Of a stretch of DNA of 28,492 nucleotides, positions 1 to 11,103 are shown piece after piece. The stretch spans positions 1 to 28,492 of the forward strand of contig NW_021833136.1 in assembly GCF_006345805.1 (NCBI RefSeq), written 5' to 3'. Every line of letters starts with the position of its first letter. The first letter of the stretch is position 1. The notes beneath the pieces were generated by a model. That model saw only the letters and a list, made by a program, of their open reading frames with translations. It had not been told where the DNA came from and made no database searches. The translations under genes and the position numbers were made by a program. Source of the DNA: Octopus sinensis. Its lineage: Eukaryota.

Positions 1-384
1 AAACACTTTCCTCTCTGGTCAATCTCTCAACATCTTCTTGTATCATCTCTTCAAGTATCACTTGAAAAAAAAAGTGAGAGCAGAGAGGCAAGTTTTGTCT
101 AGCGAATGTTTTAAGAAAGATGGGTGAATGTAGCAAGGATGGTACGTATGAATGACGAAGCATAATCCTATGAAACCGGAAATTTAAAAACAGAGGGTTA
201 CTTGAAAACAAATGTGGTAAATAAGAAATTTTTAGGGAAATTAATAATGTGCGCGGGTTTAAGTGAAATGTTTGAAGTTACTCCTGGCAGTAAATTATGA
301 ACTTACATTTATCAGTGATTCCTTCAACAACAACAAACACAAAACACAAAACGTTGCAAAAGTAAATAAGAATTTTACCGAAGT

Positions 385-2278
385 GTACGGATTGAATTGG
401 AATTCATGAAGTTACAGCCTCCGGGAAAATCAGCAGAGAAAAGAAAGATTCCAGCATCTCACCTCAACCTTTTCTTACCAACTGTCTTTAATGACTGCAT
501 CGGCGATCCCTTTCTTCTCGTTGGTAAGGGATGCAATGAGTGGGTGCTTCATGTCATCTTTCTGCTCAACCCGTTACATTCCAATTGGTTCAAGCAAGCT
601 AATATTAAACCAGCTAATGCCATTTTCAATTAACACAGAATTTATGAAGTGTAGAGTCTGCATTCAGCCCTCGGTGAGCATAATCTTCCATCATAGAATT
701 CTCGTCAGTATTCCACAGGCGAAGAACATTGGAAGAACTTGAATAGGTGCAGAACACAGCAAACGTAATACGCAACTGAAATGGCATCCGATACGCAGCA
801 GCTTCAAGTATAGTATGCTCCAAACCCTCATCATTTTGGAGGAGACCAACTCATATGTACGCATCTTTAAATGTTGCATAGATTTCACCTCCTACAGTGC
901 TCACTTCTCAAAGCGCTTAGCACCTGGAACATCCGAAATAGCAATCGTAATGAAATTTTTTTTACGTCCTTAGGACTCACTGTGTTCATTCTGCAGCCGA
1001 TGGTATTGATTTTTCTCTTGAGTGTTCATGGTTTTTGTACGTTCATTAAACACATAACGCATAGGAATGTTAGGGTACAAGTACTTCCGTTAATCGTGCT
1101 CATTCAGTTTGAACCATGCAGTGAGAGTATTGTCACGATCTCTCTGTTCTTGAGCAGGTTGCTAAGTGCTACCTCTGTGAAAGCTCAGTCTCCGCTGGTC
1201 TTCAAAGTGAACTGCTAAACTGTAGACAGTGTGGGACGAGTCATGCAGCTTCTACGTAGGCATTCTCCACATGGCTTCAGAAGGTGAAACATATCAACAC
1301 GCAAAATAATTTCTGATTTAGCCTTGGGGTTGCTGAGTCTGTCCACCTTCTGCAACTGCATCATTCCTTACTTCAACTGAAGCGCTATCACGACCGTTTT
1401 AGACATACTTGCATATATACTTGACATTTTTACAGATGAGCAAACTTCAACGTTAATATGAGCTCGGAATTTCTTTAATAGGTAAGCATAGTATGGAACG
1501 ACATACCAGTGTTGTTAAAAGAATGGCATCCAACTTGTGATGTGATCCCTTTATTGTGCCTCCTGTACTCTGGATATCCATTAATATTAGTAGTGTCTCA
1601 TTTCTGTAGTTCTTGGGAAACTTTGTTTGGCAAGAGCTATTCCCCATGTATTGCGATGAGGGGTTATCAACACCAAGGTCTAAGTCTCATGAATTTTTTA
1701 AAATTAAATCATGTAAGACAGGGTCATCATTTGAATCAGAAAATTCTGCTGATACCATTCTGTCTATATCATCTCTGATCTTCACTTTGTCTACGAGCAT
1801 ATGGCAGTGTGGAAGTCCTCTCTTTTGAAACTCAATGACACGGACATGAGTTACTCTTACATCAAATACATGTCTGTCCACCATATCCTTCAGAAATCCA
1901 ATGATATATCGGTTTTCAAAAGTCTTATTTCGCTGCAGATTATTTTCTCTTCATGGCAATTAGGGTTTTCAGGGTGCAGTTATTTCATTGCTAGGGGAAA
2001 AATTGTAGCGCCTTATATATCCCGTTCTTTTGAAATGTATTTCACACTTTCGTAATTGTACATTTCACGACTGGCACCTCCAATCTCTTGTTGTTCAATT
2101 AAGTGCATGTTCCCATATAACTCAGCCTAAGGATTTACTTGTTGCACATGACACCCATTCTTTGAAGAGCTTTGGGAGTTCTGACTTGCTTCCACTCTGT
2201 GATGCATTATAATATACAACTGACTGTACTGCAGGCGACCATTGACAGTTCGCAGTGTTGTGCTAAGTTTGGCCCTGA
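385..2278 (-). pseudogene. Helitron A RepHel remnant, 3' part (Rep domain to the start of the helicase); frameshifted, internally deleted and truncated
   Basis: Minus-strand fragments in the expected order: YSQLYII, QVNP*AELY, IRRYNFSPSNEITA, HUH motif VIEFQKRGLPHCH (1801-1839), VPYYAYLLKKFRAHINVEVCSS (~1438-1502), YVSPSEAMWR...LAVHFEDQ (~1195-1295), RMPFQLRITF, and a decayed Walker-A region (FLFSADFPGG) near 420-450. No intact 3' terminus was found. Confidence 0.9.
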
Positions 2279-2282
2279 ATAC

Positions 2283-2508
2283 GTTCTATATCCTGGTATT
2301 GGATATATAATTTAACGAAGCTGTTTACACGACGCAATACGATTACTATTACGTGAGACACGACGCTCTCTGCCAACGGATCATAGGGAAATGCTTACCA
2401 ATCAATTGTTCACAATCAATTGCTTACGACTAGACAGTTCTCCATGTAATGGAAATGTGTCAGACCACTTTTAGTCACTTGGAAGGTTGTCAGAATCTTT
2501 CCACAGCA
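2283..2508 (-). repeat. Gypsy 3' LTR
   Basis: Aligns by eye to 5913-6124 (shared GTTTACACGACGC, ACGCTCTCTG, AATGTGTCAG, TTTAGTCA, GAAGGT..TC.GAATC.TTCCACA) and directly follows the PPT. The terminal CA is not cleanly preserved. Confidence 0.85.
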
Positions 2509-2559
2509 TCTCCCTTTATAGAATTAGTCTCCCCTAAATCTCCACTTGAGAATTAAAGT

Positions 2560-5500
2560 CGCTCAGAGTTTTAATATCTCTTATGCTTAGGGCTCAATTC
2601 TTGTGTTTCCATTCGTTTCGTTTTCTGGTGCTAGAACGTGTAATTACAAATTGTTTCTGTGTTGGTACCTCAAACGTGTCGTCCAATTTTTCATGAGAAA
2701 TTCACTTCTTTTGTCTGATTTTTCCTTGAATCAGGTTTTAATTGGTTAATAAGTCTTTTATGTTCGATATTGTTTTACCTTTTACCAGGAATATCATTCT
2801 TGCAATTTATTTAATAATTGTACCATCCTCCCAGCCTTCTTTACTATATCTATAGGTCTTTAAAAAACATTGTCACCTAACTTGAAGAATTTTGAAATAT
2901 TGTTCCTTTTTTTATATTTTCACTCGGTATCGGCTGATCAAAGATGGATCTGATCTTTCTGACAAAGATCGAATATCACTGTAACCAGAGATGTCGGCTT
3001 TCTATATTAATGCACTTCAGACCACGTTGAAAAACACTCCCCCACAATGAAGTGATATGAAACCTTAAGTGATTTTGGCCACGGGTGCCATTTCGTGACG
3101 GGTGTATTTGGAGCTAGAGAACAGCGTATTGCATACTATCACTATATCTTCAACGTTACAGTCCGTTGTTGGCCAGTATACCTAACTTCTCATTAACGAT
3201 TTCATTATCGAAATCCCTTTGACTCAATATGAAATTCCTTTAGTAATTGCTTTTGTAGTGTGGCTGACACTACGACTCTTTGTGCATACATCAGCACATT
3301 GTCACACCTTGTGATAGGCTCGAATATTTTTCATCCCTTTCATCCTTCTGCATTTGTTTCATTTTGTAATGAATATATCGTTTCCCAATTGTAATTTTAT
3401 GTCCTTTAACGTAAATAGCAGTTCACGCATGGAGTTATACAGTTTGATTTTAATTTCATTTTCCGCTCGCAAATTAGCAATCACGCTATCTTCAAATGCT
3501 TCAGCATTTTCTGAAATCGGTCTTGATAAACAATTAGCGTGTCCTAATTTTTTAGATAGTATATACTCTATCTTAAATTCATAGTTTAATACTACAGTAC
3601 CCCAGCGTTGCAGCCTATTAGCAGTACGGCTAGATATTTATTTCTTTTACTCGTATACTGATAATAACGGACGATGATCTGTCTGTATTCAAAAACTTCT
3701 GTGTGTAAAATCTATGAAATTTTTTACTGCAAAAATAATTAGAAGAGCCTCTTTTTTGATTTGGCTGTAATATTTTCTGCTGATATCATGAACCACCGCC
3801 TTCATGTTACCATATTTTTATTTGTGTAGCACTACTGCGCCGATACAGTATTCAGAGGCATCTGAAGTTACAAAATTCTCCACTACAGGATCGAAGCGTG
3901 CTAACAACAAATCAGATGTTAATATTTTAAAATTTCGTCGAATTCCTTTTGACAATTTTCAGAGCAATTTCAATTGCCATTTTTTAAATACATAATCTAC
4001 TGTAACGCTTATCCTATGCATATTTAGAATATAATTTTGGTCATAATTTGCCTGTCTCCAAAGCAATCATGTAAGGTCGTTATACTTGTCGGAGGTGTCA
4101 TGTATTTAATTGCCTCTGCCTTCAACGGATCTGGTCCTCGTCCATTTCTTTCAATTGTTTGTCTAATTTTACTTTTGTTAAGAAGAAAATTCACGCTTTC
4201 TTTTTCAATGTAATCCCTAATTTTTTCGAACATATATATTATGTGCTCTACATGTTGATCCCGTGATTCGCTTTTAATGAGTATATCATCCGGATATGAA
4301 AATGCAAATTCACTATCCGCTAACACTGCATCCATAAGATGTTGAAAAATCGCCGGCGTGACATAAGGGCAGACAGTAACCTGTTGTATATATATATGTG
4401 CGTTAATGTTTAGGTATTTATAGCATTCACGTCTACTCTAATATGTAGGTACGCGTCAGAGAGATCCAATTAAGAAAATATCTTGCCACCGTCTAATTTT
4501 GCAAATATATCCCCCAGGGTAGGTAGCGGATAGTGGAACGTTTTAAGTCACTCATTTAAACCAGTGGAAAAAATCAGCATACACTCTGATTTTGTTTATT
4601 TGTTTTAACGATGCAAAAGCATATCTGTTCCAACGATGCAAAAGTTACAGTTCGTTTATATTTAAATACAGGTTTGGCATTTACTTTTACTTGGAACTTC
4701 GTTTTCGTTTTGATGCTGAGATCTAATTTATCAGAGAGAACTTCAGGAAAAATCTTTTAAATTTATTTTTACAAATCGTCCGACGATTCATTTGTATTGG
4801 CAAGAAAATCATTCACATTTTTACTGAAAAGATTTATGGGGAGTTCCCATAAGGTAAACAATTCTATTCAGTGTTCCGAATAAGTTTGGGATATTATTCA
4901 AACAAAAATCTTTGGTTTCTAAGGTTTTTCCACGAAATGGAACGTGATTTATCATTACGCCATTAAATGTAATTATTTTCCTGAATACCACCTGCAATTT
5001 TCGAAATGTCTTTTAATCTAGGTCTTCTTTCTTTTCTATGTATCTGTGTTAATTATCGAGATATCACTGCCCTTATCTAGTTGCAACTTTACGTACACAA
5101 ATTTCCCTGAGGCTGTTCGTCTTTGGTGGTTCCAGGTTTGTTCTATAGTGTGATTGTTTATGATCTCTCTTGCCCCATTTGACGCCTTTATTATTTTGAA
5201 ACGGACAATTACATTTTAAATGTTGACCACCGCACCCACAACATGGATTTGATCTTCACATTTGTTTCTCTTATTTCTTATCCGTGACGGTGGAGACACT
5301 GGAATATGAGAGCAATCTTTTTCTTCAATTTCGTTTTGTGCATCGTTTTTTTTTTCTTCATTTCTTTTTCTGCGTCGTCTTCCCTGACATTCTTCTGCTT
5401 CTGTTTGAAGAGTTAATTTTCGTCCAGTTCTAAATCATTTGATAAAATGTTAAGGTTTTTATTGTAAACAATCTTACCTGACTCTTTCGGCAGAATATAA

Positions 5501-5830
5501 TTACTATATTTTTTGTATTCGGCAAGGGATACCTTTCTTACAAGTAGTCGTACTATATTTCCCCTCAGATCAATTTTTAAATTCTTCTTTGAGAATTTCT
5601 TCGTTATCTTCGAAAATATTCAGAGAAGGTAATCCCTTCCTCTGGATTATAACTGAATTCTTCAATAGAGATTGCTACGCTGTCTGGCAAGTTCACACCT
5701 GAAGTATTTTTTAGACTACTTTAACATTAATTCCAGCAACTATGGTTTTGTTGTTGTTGCTGTTGTAGTTGCTCTTGTTGTTGTACTATTGTTGTTGTTG
5801 CAACTGCACCACAGACGCAATAAGCCTTCT
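2560..5830 (-). pseudogene. Gypsy gag-pol remnant
   Basis: gag: SIEEFSYNPEEGITFSEYFRR and a zinc-knuckle remnant CCGCGGQHLKCNCPF. RT: YPLPTLGDIFAKLDGGKIFS*LDLSDAYL, TPAIFQHLMDAVL...SYPDDILI (YLDD decayed to YPDD) and PDPLKAEAIKYM. RNase H: VTSDASEYCIGAV, YSQIKKEAL, QTDHRPL, ANRLQRWG. Integrase: zinc-finger remnant RS*VYWP. Most of the DDE core appears deleted and there are many stops. Confidence 0.9.
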
Positions 5831-5912
5831 ATCTTAAACGATATTCTTTGGTTTCATACCCATCCCAAACAAATTTAAACGTCCAACGCAAACCTCGAAG
5901 AAATCGTCGCCA

Positions 5913-6124
5913 CTTTTATACCCTGGTTTGGAACATATGATTTAAGGAATCAGGGGGAAGAAAGTGTTTACACGACGCGAATCGATTACCCAACGCTCTC
6001 TGTCAATGGCACACAGTGAACTAATTACCAATTAATTGCTGAAGCCTCGACAGTTGTCTATTTAATAGGAATGTGTCAGTTCCCGTTTAGTCAATTCGAA
6101 GGTGGTCGGAATCCTTCCACAACA
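5913..6124 (-). repeat. Gypsy 5' LTR
   Basis: Begins TGTTGTGG at 6124 on the minus strand, is followed by the PBS-like TGGCGACGA, and is similar to 2283-2508. Confidence 0.85.
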
Positions 6125-6128
6125 ATAC

Positions 6129-6860
6129 AGAAACAATGTAGACCTCTTCCTTGCGGCACAGAGAGTTTCACACCAAAGGACGTAAAGGAAGATATGCAGT
6201 TGTAATTGCTGATGTTTTTTTCGAAATGAAGCAGACTCTTGGTAATTTTCTCAGACAAACGCTTCAATGTCTGAGTGTTTAGTTGCAGTGGAGGAAAATT
6301 CACTTTCTTATTGTGACAGTAAAATGAAGTTTTCATATTTAAACTTCAGTGCACCACAATACTCGCAATATAAAACATATCACCAATACGACAGGTTCGT
6401 TTAGGATTATTGTGTCTGTTCAGTGGTAGTCCATGTCTTCCTTCACGCTTTCGTTGCACCTGTTCATCTCGCAAACGCAACGCCTGTTCAGCATTCATAC
6501 TTGCAACTCCATCTTGATGTCTCTCTGTTTGACCTTGAAGACAAGCAGCCCTTTCCAAATCATCCATATTCTCCCTTCTCTGTTACATTACGCTTTTCTG
6601 TTGGTCCTGATACTGCGGATGCTGCATATCATTCATGTTTTCCATTCTCCGCTGAAATATCAATCTTTGTTGTTCCTTCTACTGTGTTTCTTCTTCCTCA
6701 TCCTGTCTTCTACCTTGGTCTCGCTTCCTCTCTCACAACATTTGTGCCTTGCGTTGCTCTTCATCCATTGCAGATCGTCTCATCTGTTGGTACAAGTTGT
6801 CCCTTTCTCTGGTTTCTTACCGCTGTTCTTCTCTTATTCGCTGCCTGTAGTGCCTAACCC
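6129..6860 (-). pseudogene. Helitron A RepHel remnant, N-terminal part
   Basis: An R/E/Q-rich charged region, then IGDM..., FYCHNKKVNFPPL and HFEKNISNYNCISSFTSFG...GRGLHCFCI. This matches the Helitron pre-Rep block (CCxxGKVxLP...FxxNIRxYN...SFTSFG...GRGPYCFRIxGQ) and continues in frame at 2278 once the Gypsy is removed. Confidence 0.85.
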
Positions 6861-7124
6861 TCTCGCGAGTAGCTTCTAATCTTCTTTAACTTTCCATTCT
6901 TCAGTCAAGTTTTGTAATTTGCTTATTTCATAAGCACAGCTTTGGAAAAAGGATCAAATAACCTTAAATTGCGAATTTCTATCTCCCCCATAGCGGAAGC
7001 ACAACCAACGGCGTCATATATGAGAAGCAGTAACAACATAATCGGATCTTGTAGAGATGTAATTTACAGTGTCCACTTTATTTTAATGAAATATATATAT
7101 TTTAATTATAATGTTTATATTTCT

Positions 7125-7170
7125 TATTGTAATATATATATATATATATTATAAATATATATATATATAT
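7125..7170. repeat. (TA)n microsatellite
   Basis: Read directly from the sequence. Confidence 0.9.
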
Positions 7171-7904
7171 GCGTCGTACATATGACACTGTAAATAAGTG
7201 TGAATATTTATGAGCATGTGTTAAGTGATAGGGGATAAAAAATACTTAGTTCAATTCATAAGTTACTTTACATTATGCACTCATCATCACCATTTCCACC
7301 ACAACCACTACCACCAATACCACCAACTCTCACTCCCCCTTTCTCCCATTTTCTCAGTTTATCTACCTATCTGCCTTATTTTAATCTCACCATCAGAACA
7401 TCACCGCTCTGCTAAAATTATATCGTAACCCTCCTCAATATCACGACCTTCAACTAACTTTTTCGTCACGTAATAAATATTACGTTCCCCCTACCACAAT
7501 GTCCTCCCCCTCTTTTTCTCCCTCGGTTTTTTCTCTCTCCCCTTTTCTCCCTCTCCCTCTCTTTCTGCTCCACTTTTCGTCTTACTTTCGTTTTCTCATT
7601 CCTTTATCTTTCACTTTGTCTCTCTTTCCATTCAACTAATGACGTGAAAGCATTACAGTCACTTCCTTCAAACTCAGGTCATGGACATTTCTCTTTTGCT
7701 CTTTTTCGTTCTCCCTCTTTTTCTCTAATCACGAGAAAGCGTTACCGACGGAGTAATTAACATAACGACAAACAGAATTATTATAAGATCAGAAATATTA
7801 TATTTAATTTGTCTTCATGATAGACTCCTTCGTTTCCTCCTTATTTTTTACATCATTCTTTACTTCAGCTCCTACATTTTCTGTCACTTCTCTTATTGTT
7901 GTTT

Positions 7905-8045
7905 TAACGTTGTTACTGTTGTTGTTGCTCATCATCGTTATCATCATAATCAACATCATCATCTTCTTCTTCTTCTTCTTCTTCTTCTTCTTCTTCTTCT
8001 TTTTCTTCTTCTTCCTCTTCTTCTCTTCTTCTTCTTCTTCTACTT

Positions 8046-8094
<49 letters not shown>

Positions 8095-8125
8095 CACTAC
8101 TACTGTTGTTGCTGCTGCTTCATCG
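7905..8125. repeat. Compound triplet microsatellite (GTT/CAT)-(CTT)n-(CTA)n-(GTT/GCT)
   Basis: Read directly. It accounts for the poly-F/S/T and poly-K/V ORFs in the track. Confidence 0.95.
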
Positions 8126-8439
8126 TTGTTTTCTTCTTCGGCCTATTCTTCATCAGAAACTTTCTCTTATGTTAGTCATCTTCTTCATAATAAGATCTCG
8201 ATATGTCATCCAATGTCATTTCCACAAACTAAATGTCTCTCTTATCTTCTTTATTTACCCTCATTCTTCTACAATTCATATTGTCTTGCAATTTGTGTTT
8301 GCCTGTGTGTAAGAAAGTGGGAATATATGTGAGGGCTGGAAGTGAGTGTGTGCGTTCATACATCAGGGTTTGATAAGGTATATATAGGTGGATGTATGTA
8401 TGTACAAAACACAATACACACATATATATATATATATTG

Positions 8440-8916
8440 TTGTTGTATTTAGGAATGGTCATTTTGCCATTTTAGCCAATAAAAACACACGCACTATATA
8501 TTTGGTGTTACTTTGCTTCAGCGTTATTTATTTTACATTTAATTTAATCTTATTTCGACCAGAGTTCTTTCGAACCTATATAAACAGGAGATACAAATAT
8601 TACAGGCTCTTCCCTCACACACACTAATTAAACATAGACACATATAGATGTATATCCATATGCGCTAATGAAGACACTACAATAAAATTACAAAATACAA
8701 AATTGCTGACCTTGGTAAGGAGAGGACACAAATAAGAAAGAAGAAAGCAAAGGATCACTGATGAGGTCACTGGAGTGTGACGAAAGAACTCTGGCCGAAA
8801 GAAGATTATGATTAATGTAAAAAATGAATAACGCTGAAGCAAAGTAACACCAAATATATAGTGCGTGTGTTTTTTATTGGCTAAACTGACAAAATGACCA
8901 TTCCTAATTACAACAA
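8440..8916. mobile_element. MITE-like non-autonomous element with ~133-bp inverted repeats
   Basis: 8440-8572 is the near-exact reverse complement of 8781-8916 (e.g. TTAGGAATGGTCATTTTG...CACACGCACTATATATTTGGTGTTACTTTGCTTCAGCGTTAT...CCAGAGTTCTTTCG). The spacer is ~208 bp and non-coding. No TSD was identified, so the superfamily is unassigned. Confidence 0.8.
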
Positions 8917-9349
8917 ATATCTGTTTCAACACACGATTTCACATCAAAATTCTTGCAAAACAAATACATAAACGTGCATATATAAATATATATAATATAT
9001 ATATATATATGTTCGTGTTTGTTTGATGTGTGACTACAGTATTTGTATTTATATTCCTTTATTCCCACTTGTTTCCCCATTGTGATATTCCACGTTATAT
9101 TTCTTGTCTTAATATATCTTCTTTTCCTGCATTTATCGTCTTCATCACAACGTTTTCTCTACATTCATCTTGTTCATCATTTTCTGGTTCTTCTGCTTTT
9201 AATCAACTGCTTTCTCCTCTCTTCGTGAATCATTTTCGCTTCTTCTTCTTCTACTTTTCTATATTTATCCGTTCTATGATTTATTTTCCTTCACCTTCTT
9301 CGTTATTCATATCAATTTCTAATTTTTCATCACATCTTTCGCAACATTA

Positions 9350-9409
9350 TGGTCATCATCGTCATCATCGTCATCATCATCATCAGCAGCACCATCATCG
9401 TCATCATCG

Positions 9410-9452
<43 letters not shown>

Positions 9453-9575
9453 AATCTTCATCATCGTTCATCATCATCATCATTCGTCATCATCATCATC
9501 ATTATCATCATTACATCATCATCATCATCGTCATCATCGTCGTCGTCGTCATCGTCGTCGTCGTCATCGTCATCG

Positions 9576-9622
<47 letters not shown>

Positions 9623-9635
9623 GTAATCATCGTCG

Positions 9636-9671
<36 letters not shown>

Positions 9672-9672
9672 G
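9350..9672. repeat. (CAT)n/(CGT)n compound microsatellite
   Basis: Read directly. It is the source of the poly-His, poly-Ile, poly-Ser and poly-Met ORFs. Confidence 0.95.
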
Positions 9673-10544
9673 TATCATCTTCAGCGCTATCATATTCATA
9701 GTCCTTCTGCTAATCATATTTTCGTATTCACTAATCGCTATAATTTATCTTGTCATCATAACTATTTCCTTCCCTCATTTACTCTGCTATTTCTAGCATG
9801 CAGAATCATCATCACCTTCGTTATGAACATCATAATAATCAACGTCGTCATCACCAATTAATCGGTAGCGTTTGTCATCGTTTTCGATAATAATCATCAC
9901 CATTTTACCTTCTCACCGTCATTATTACAACATTTACAATCAACATCGCAATCCTCCTTCTCATCATCATCATCAACATCATCTCGGCCATTTTCTTCAT
10001 CATCGTCCTCTTTTTATTAATATCATTCTAAAGATACAAGATTTAATATTTTATAAGAAATCTTTTTAATACTCATTCTTTTGAACTGTGTTTTATGTTT
10101 CAGATATCTCAATAATAATAAGATCACAACCATCCAACAAGGATCCTTTCAAATCCTTCAAAGTTTAGTTGAAATGTAAGTTGCTTAAGTTTTTTGATAT
10201 TTTACTTACGAAATTTTTCTCAGAACTTAATGTCTTCTCATCTTCCTTTTTCTCTCTCTATCTCTAACTAATGTTCTGCTACTATTTTCATGTAAGAGTA
10301 TTATGAAGGTGTCTATGAGTGTTTGTGTCTCTATGTGTCTGCATAAATGTCTAACATTTTGTGTATGAGTGTACGATTGCACGTGGATATCTATGTTTGC
10401 ATTGTGTCTATAGGTGGGTATATTATGAAATATATATTTATGCAGAGTTATACTCACTTCAAGAAAAGTAAGTAGAAGAAATATTCATCCTCACTCTTTT
10501 GAGATACTGATTCAATAATGAGTTATTTTAAACTCTACATTTAC

Positions 10545-10718
10545 ATGACGTGCTGAAGTTGGTAGTCGTCATTTTCTATTTGTACAGCGAGCTACAGCTG
10601 GGGCAATTTGGCCAAACTGTGCAGTGTGATGGCTGCATATTCCGTTTCAATTTCTTTAGGAAGGATGTTAATGTAGCTAGTCGTCCACAACATAAAACAA
10701 CGTTTGGTGTGTCCCTCG
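10545..10718 (-). mobile_element. Possible single-ended mariner/Tc1-type terminal remnant
   Basis: The minus strand reads TA|CGAGGG at 10720-10713, which resembles mariner termini. No partner end or transposase motif was seen, and the left boundary is a guess. Confidence 0.25.
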
Positions 10719-10879
10719 TACGTTTGTGTCTGTGTGTATGTCTGATAATTTTACTTATGTTGATATATTTTTATTATCATTTCTATCCTCATTCCCCAAT
10801 TTTCTTGTTATTGTTTTGCTTGTCCATCTTGTCTGTTTTTTTGCTACTCATATTACTTTTTCTTTATCACCGACTTCTT

Positions 10880-10950
10880 CGTTGTTATTGTTGTTGTTGT
10901 TGTTGTTTTCCTTCGTCTTCTTCTTCATATTATTATTATTTTTATTATTA

Positions 10951-10986
<36 letters not shown>

Positions 10987-11006
10987 TTATTATTATTATT
11001 ATTATT
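10880..11006. repeat. (GTT)n then (TTA)n microsatellite; the (TTA)n forms the 3' tail/target of the R4/Dong LINE
   Basis: Read directly. It abuts the LINE 3' UTR at 11007. Confidence 0.92.
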
Positions 11007-11103
11007 CAGTAGTTTTATTTTTATAGCGTGCTTTCACATCCCTACCGAGCGCAGCTTTGTGTGCCTTGGGTATGTGCTGTGATTTGTTGTGATGCTCTGA
11101 TGG

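Larger units (their letters stand above)
2283..6124 (-). mobile_element. Degenerate Ty3/Gypsy LTR retrotransposon (K02A2.6-like pol) nested in Helitron A
   Basis: Diverged direct repeats at 2283-2508 and ~5913-6124, starting TGCTGTGG and TGTTGTGG on the minus strand. PBS-like TGGCGACGA (5904-5912) and polypurine tract AAAGGGAGA (2509-2517). ATAC flanks both ends (2279-2282, 6125-6128). gag, RT, RNase H and integrase remnants lie between the repeats. Confidence 0.93.

Noticed and set aside
10-88. Nested short inverted repeats (CCTCTCTG/CAGAGAGG, CTCTCA/TGAGAG, TTCAAGT/ACTTGAA)
   Set aside because: Stems of only 6-8 bp in CT/GA-rich sequence at the window edge; not distinguishable from chance.
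97-100. CTAG as a possible 3' end of Helitron A
   Set aside because: No adjacent hairpin, the next minus-strand base is A rather than T, and the helicase is missing.
6423-6879. Two overlapping 144-148 aa plus-strand ORFs
   Set aside because: Antisense to the purine-rich N-terminal region of Helitron A.
7804-8332. ORFs with poly-K/V/F/S/T tracts
   Set aside because: Translations of triplet microsatellites, open in several frames on both strands, with no domain content.
9030-9861. His-rich 170-198 aa ORFs resembling metal-binding proteins
   Set aside because: Produced by the (CAT)n array; the flanking sequence has no coding signature.
10583-10660. Possible host exon after a pyrimidine tract + AG (TTTTCTATTTGTACAG)
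   Set aside because: No convincing donor site or coding similarity; such tracts are common in this composition.
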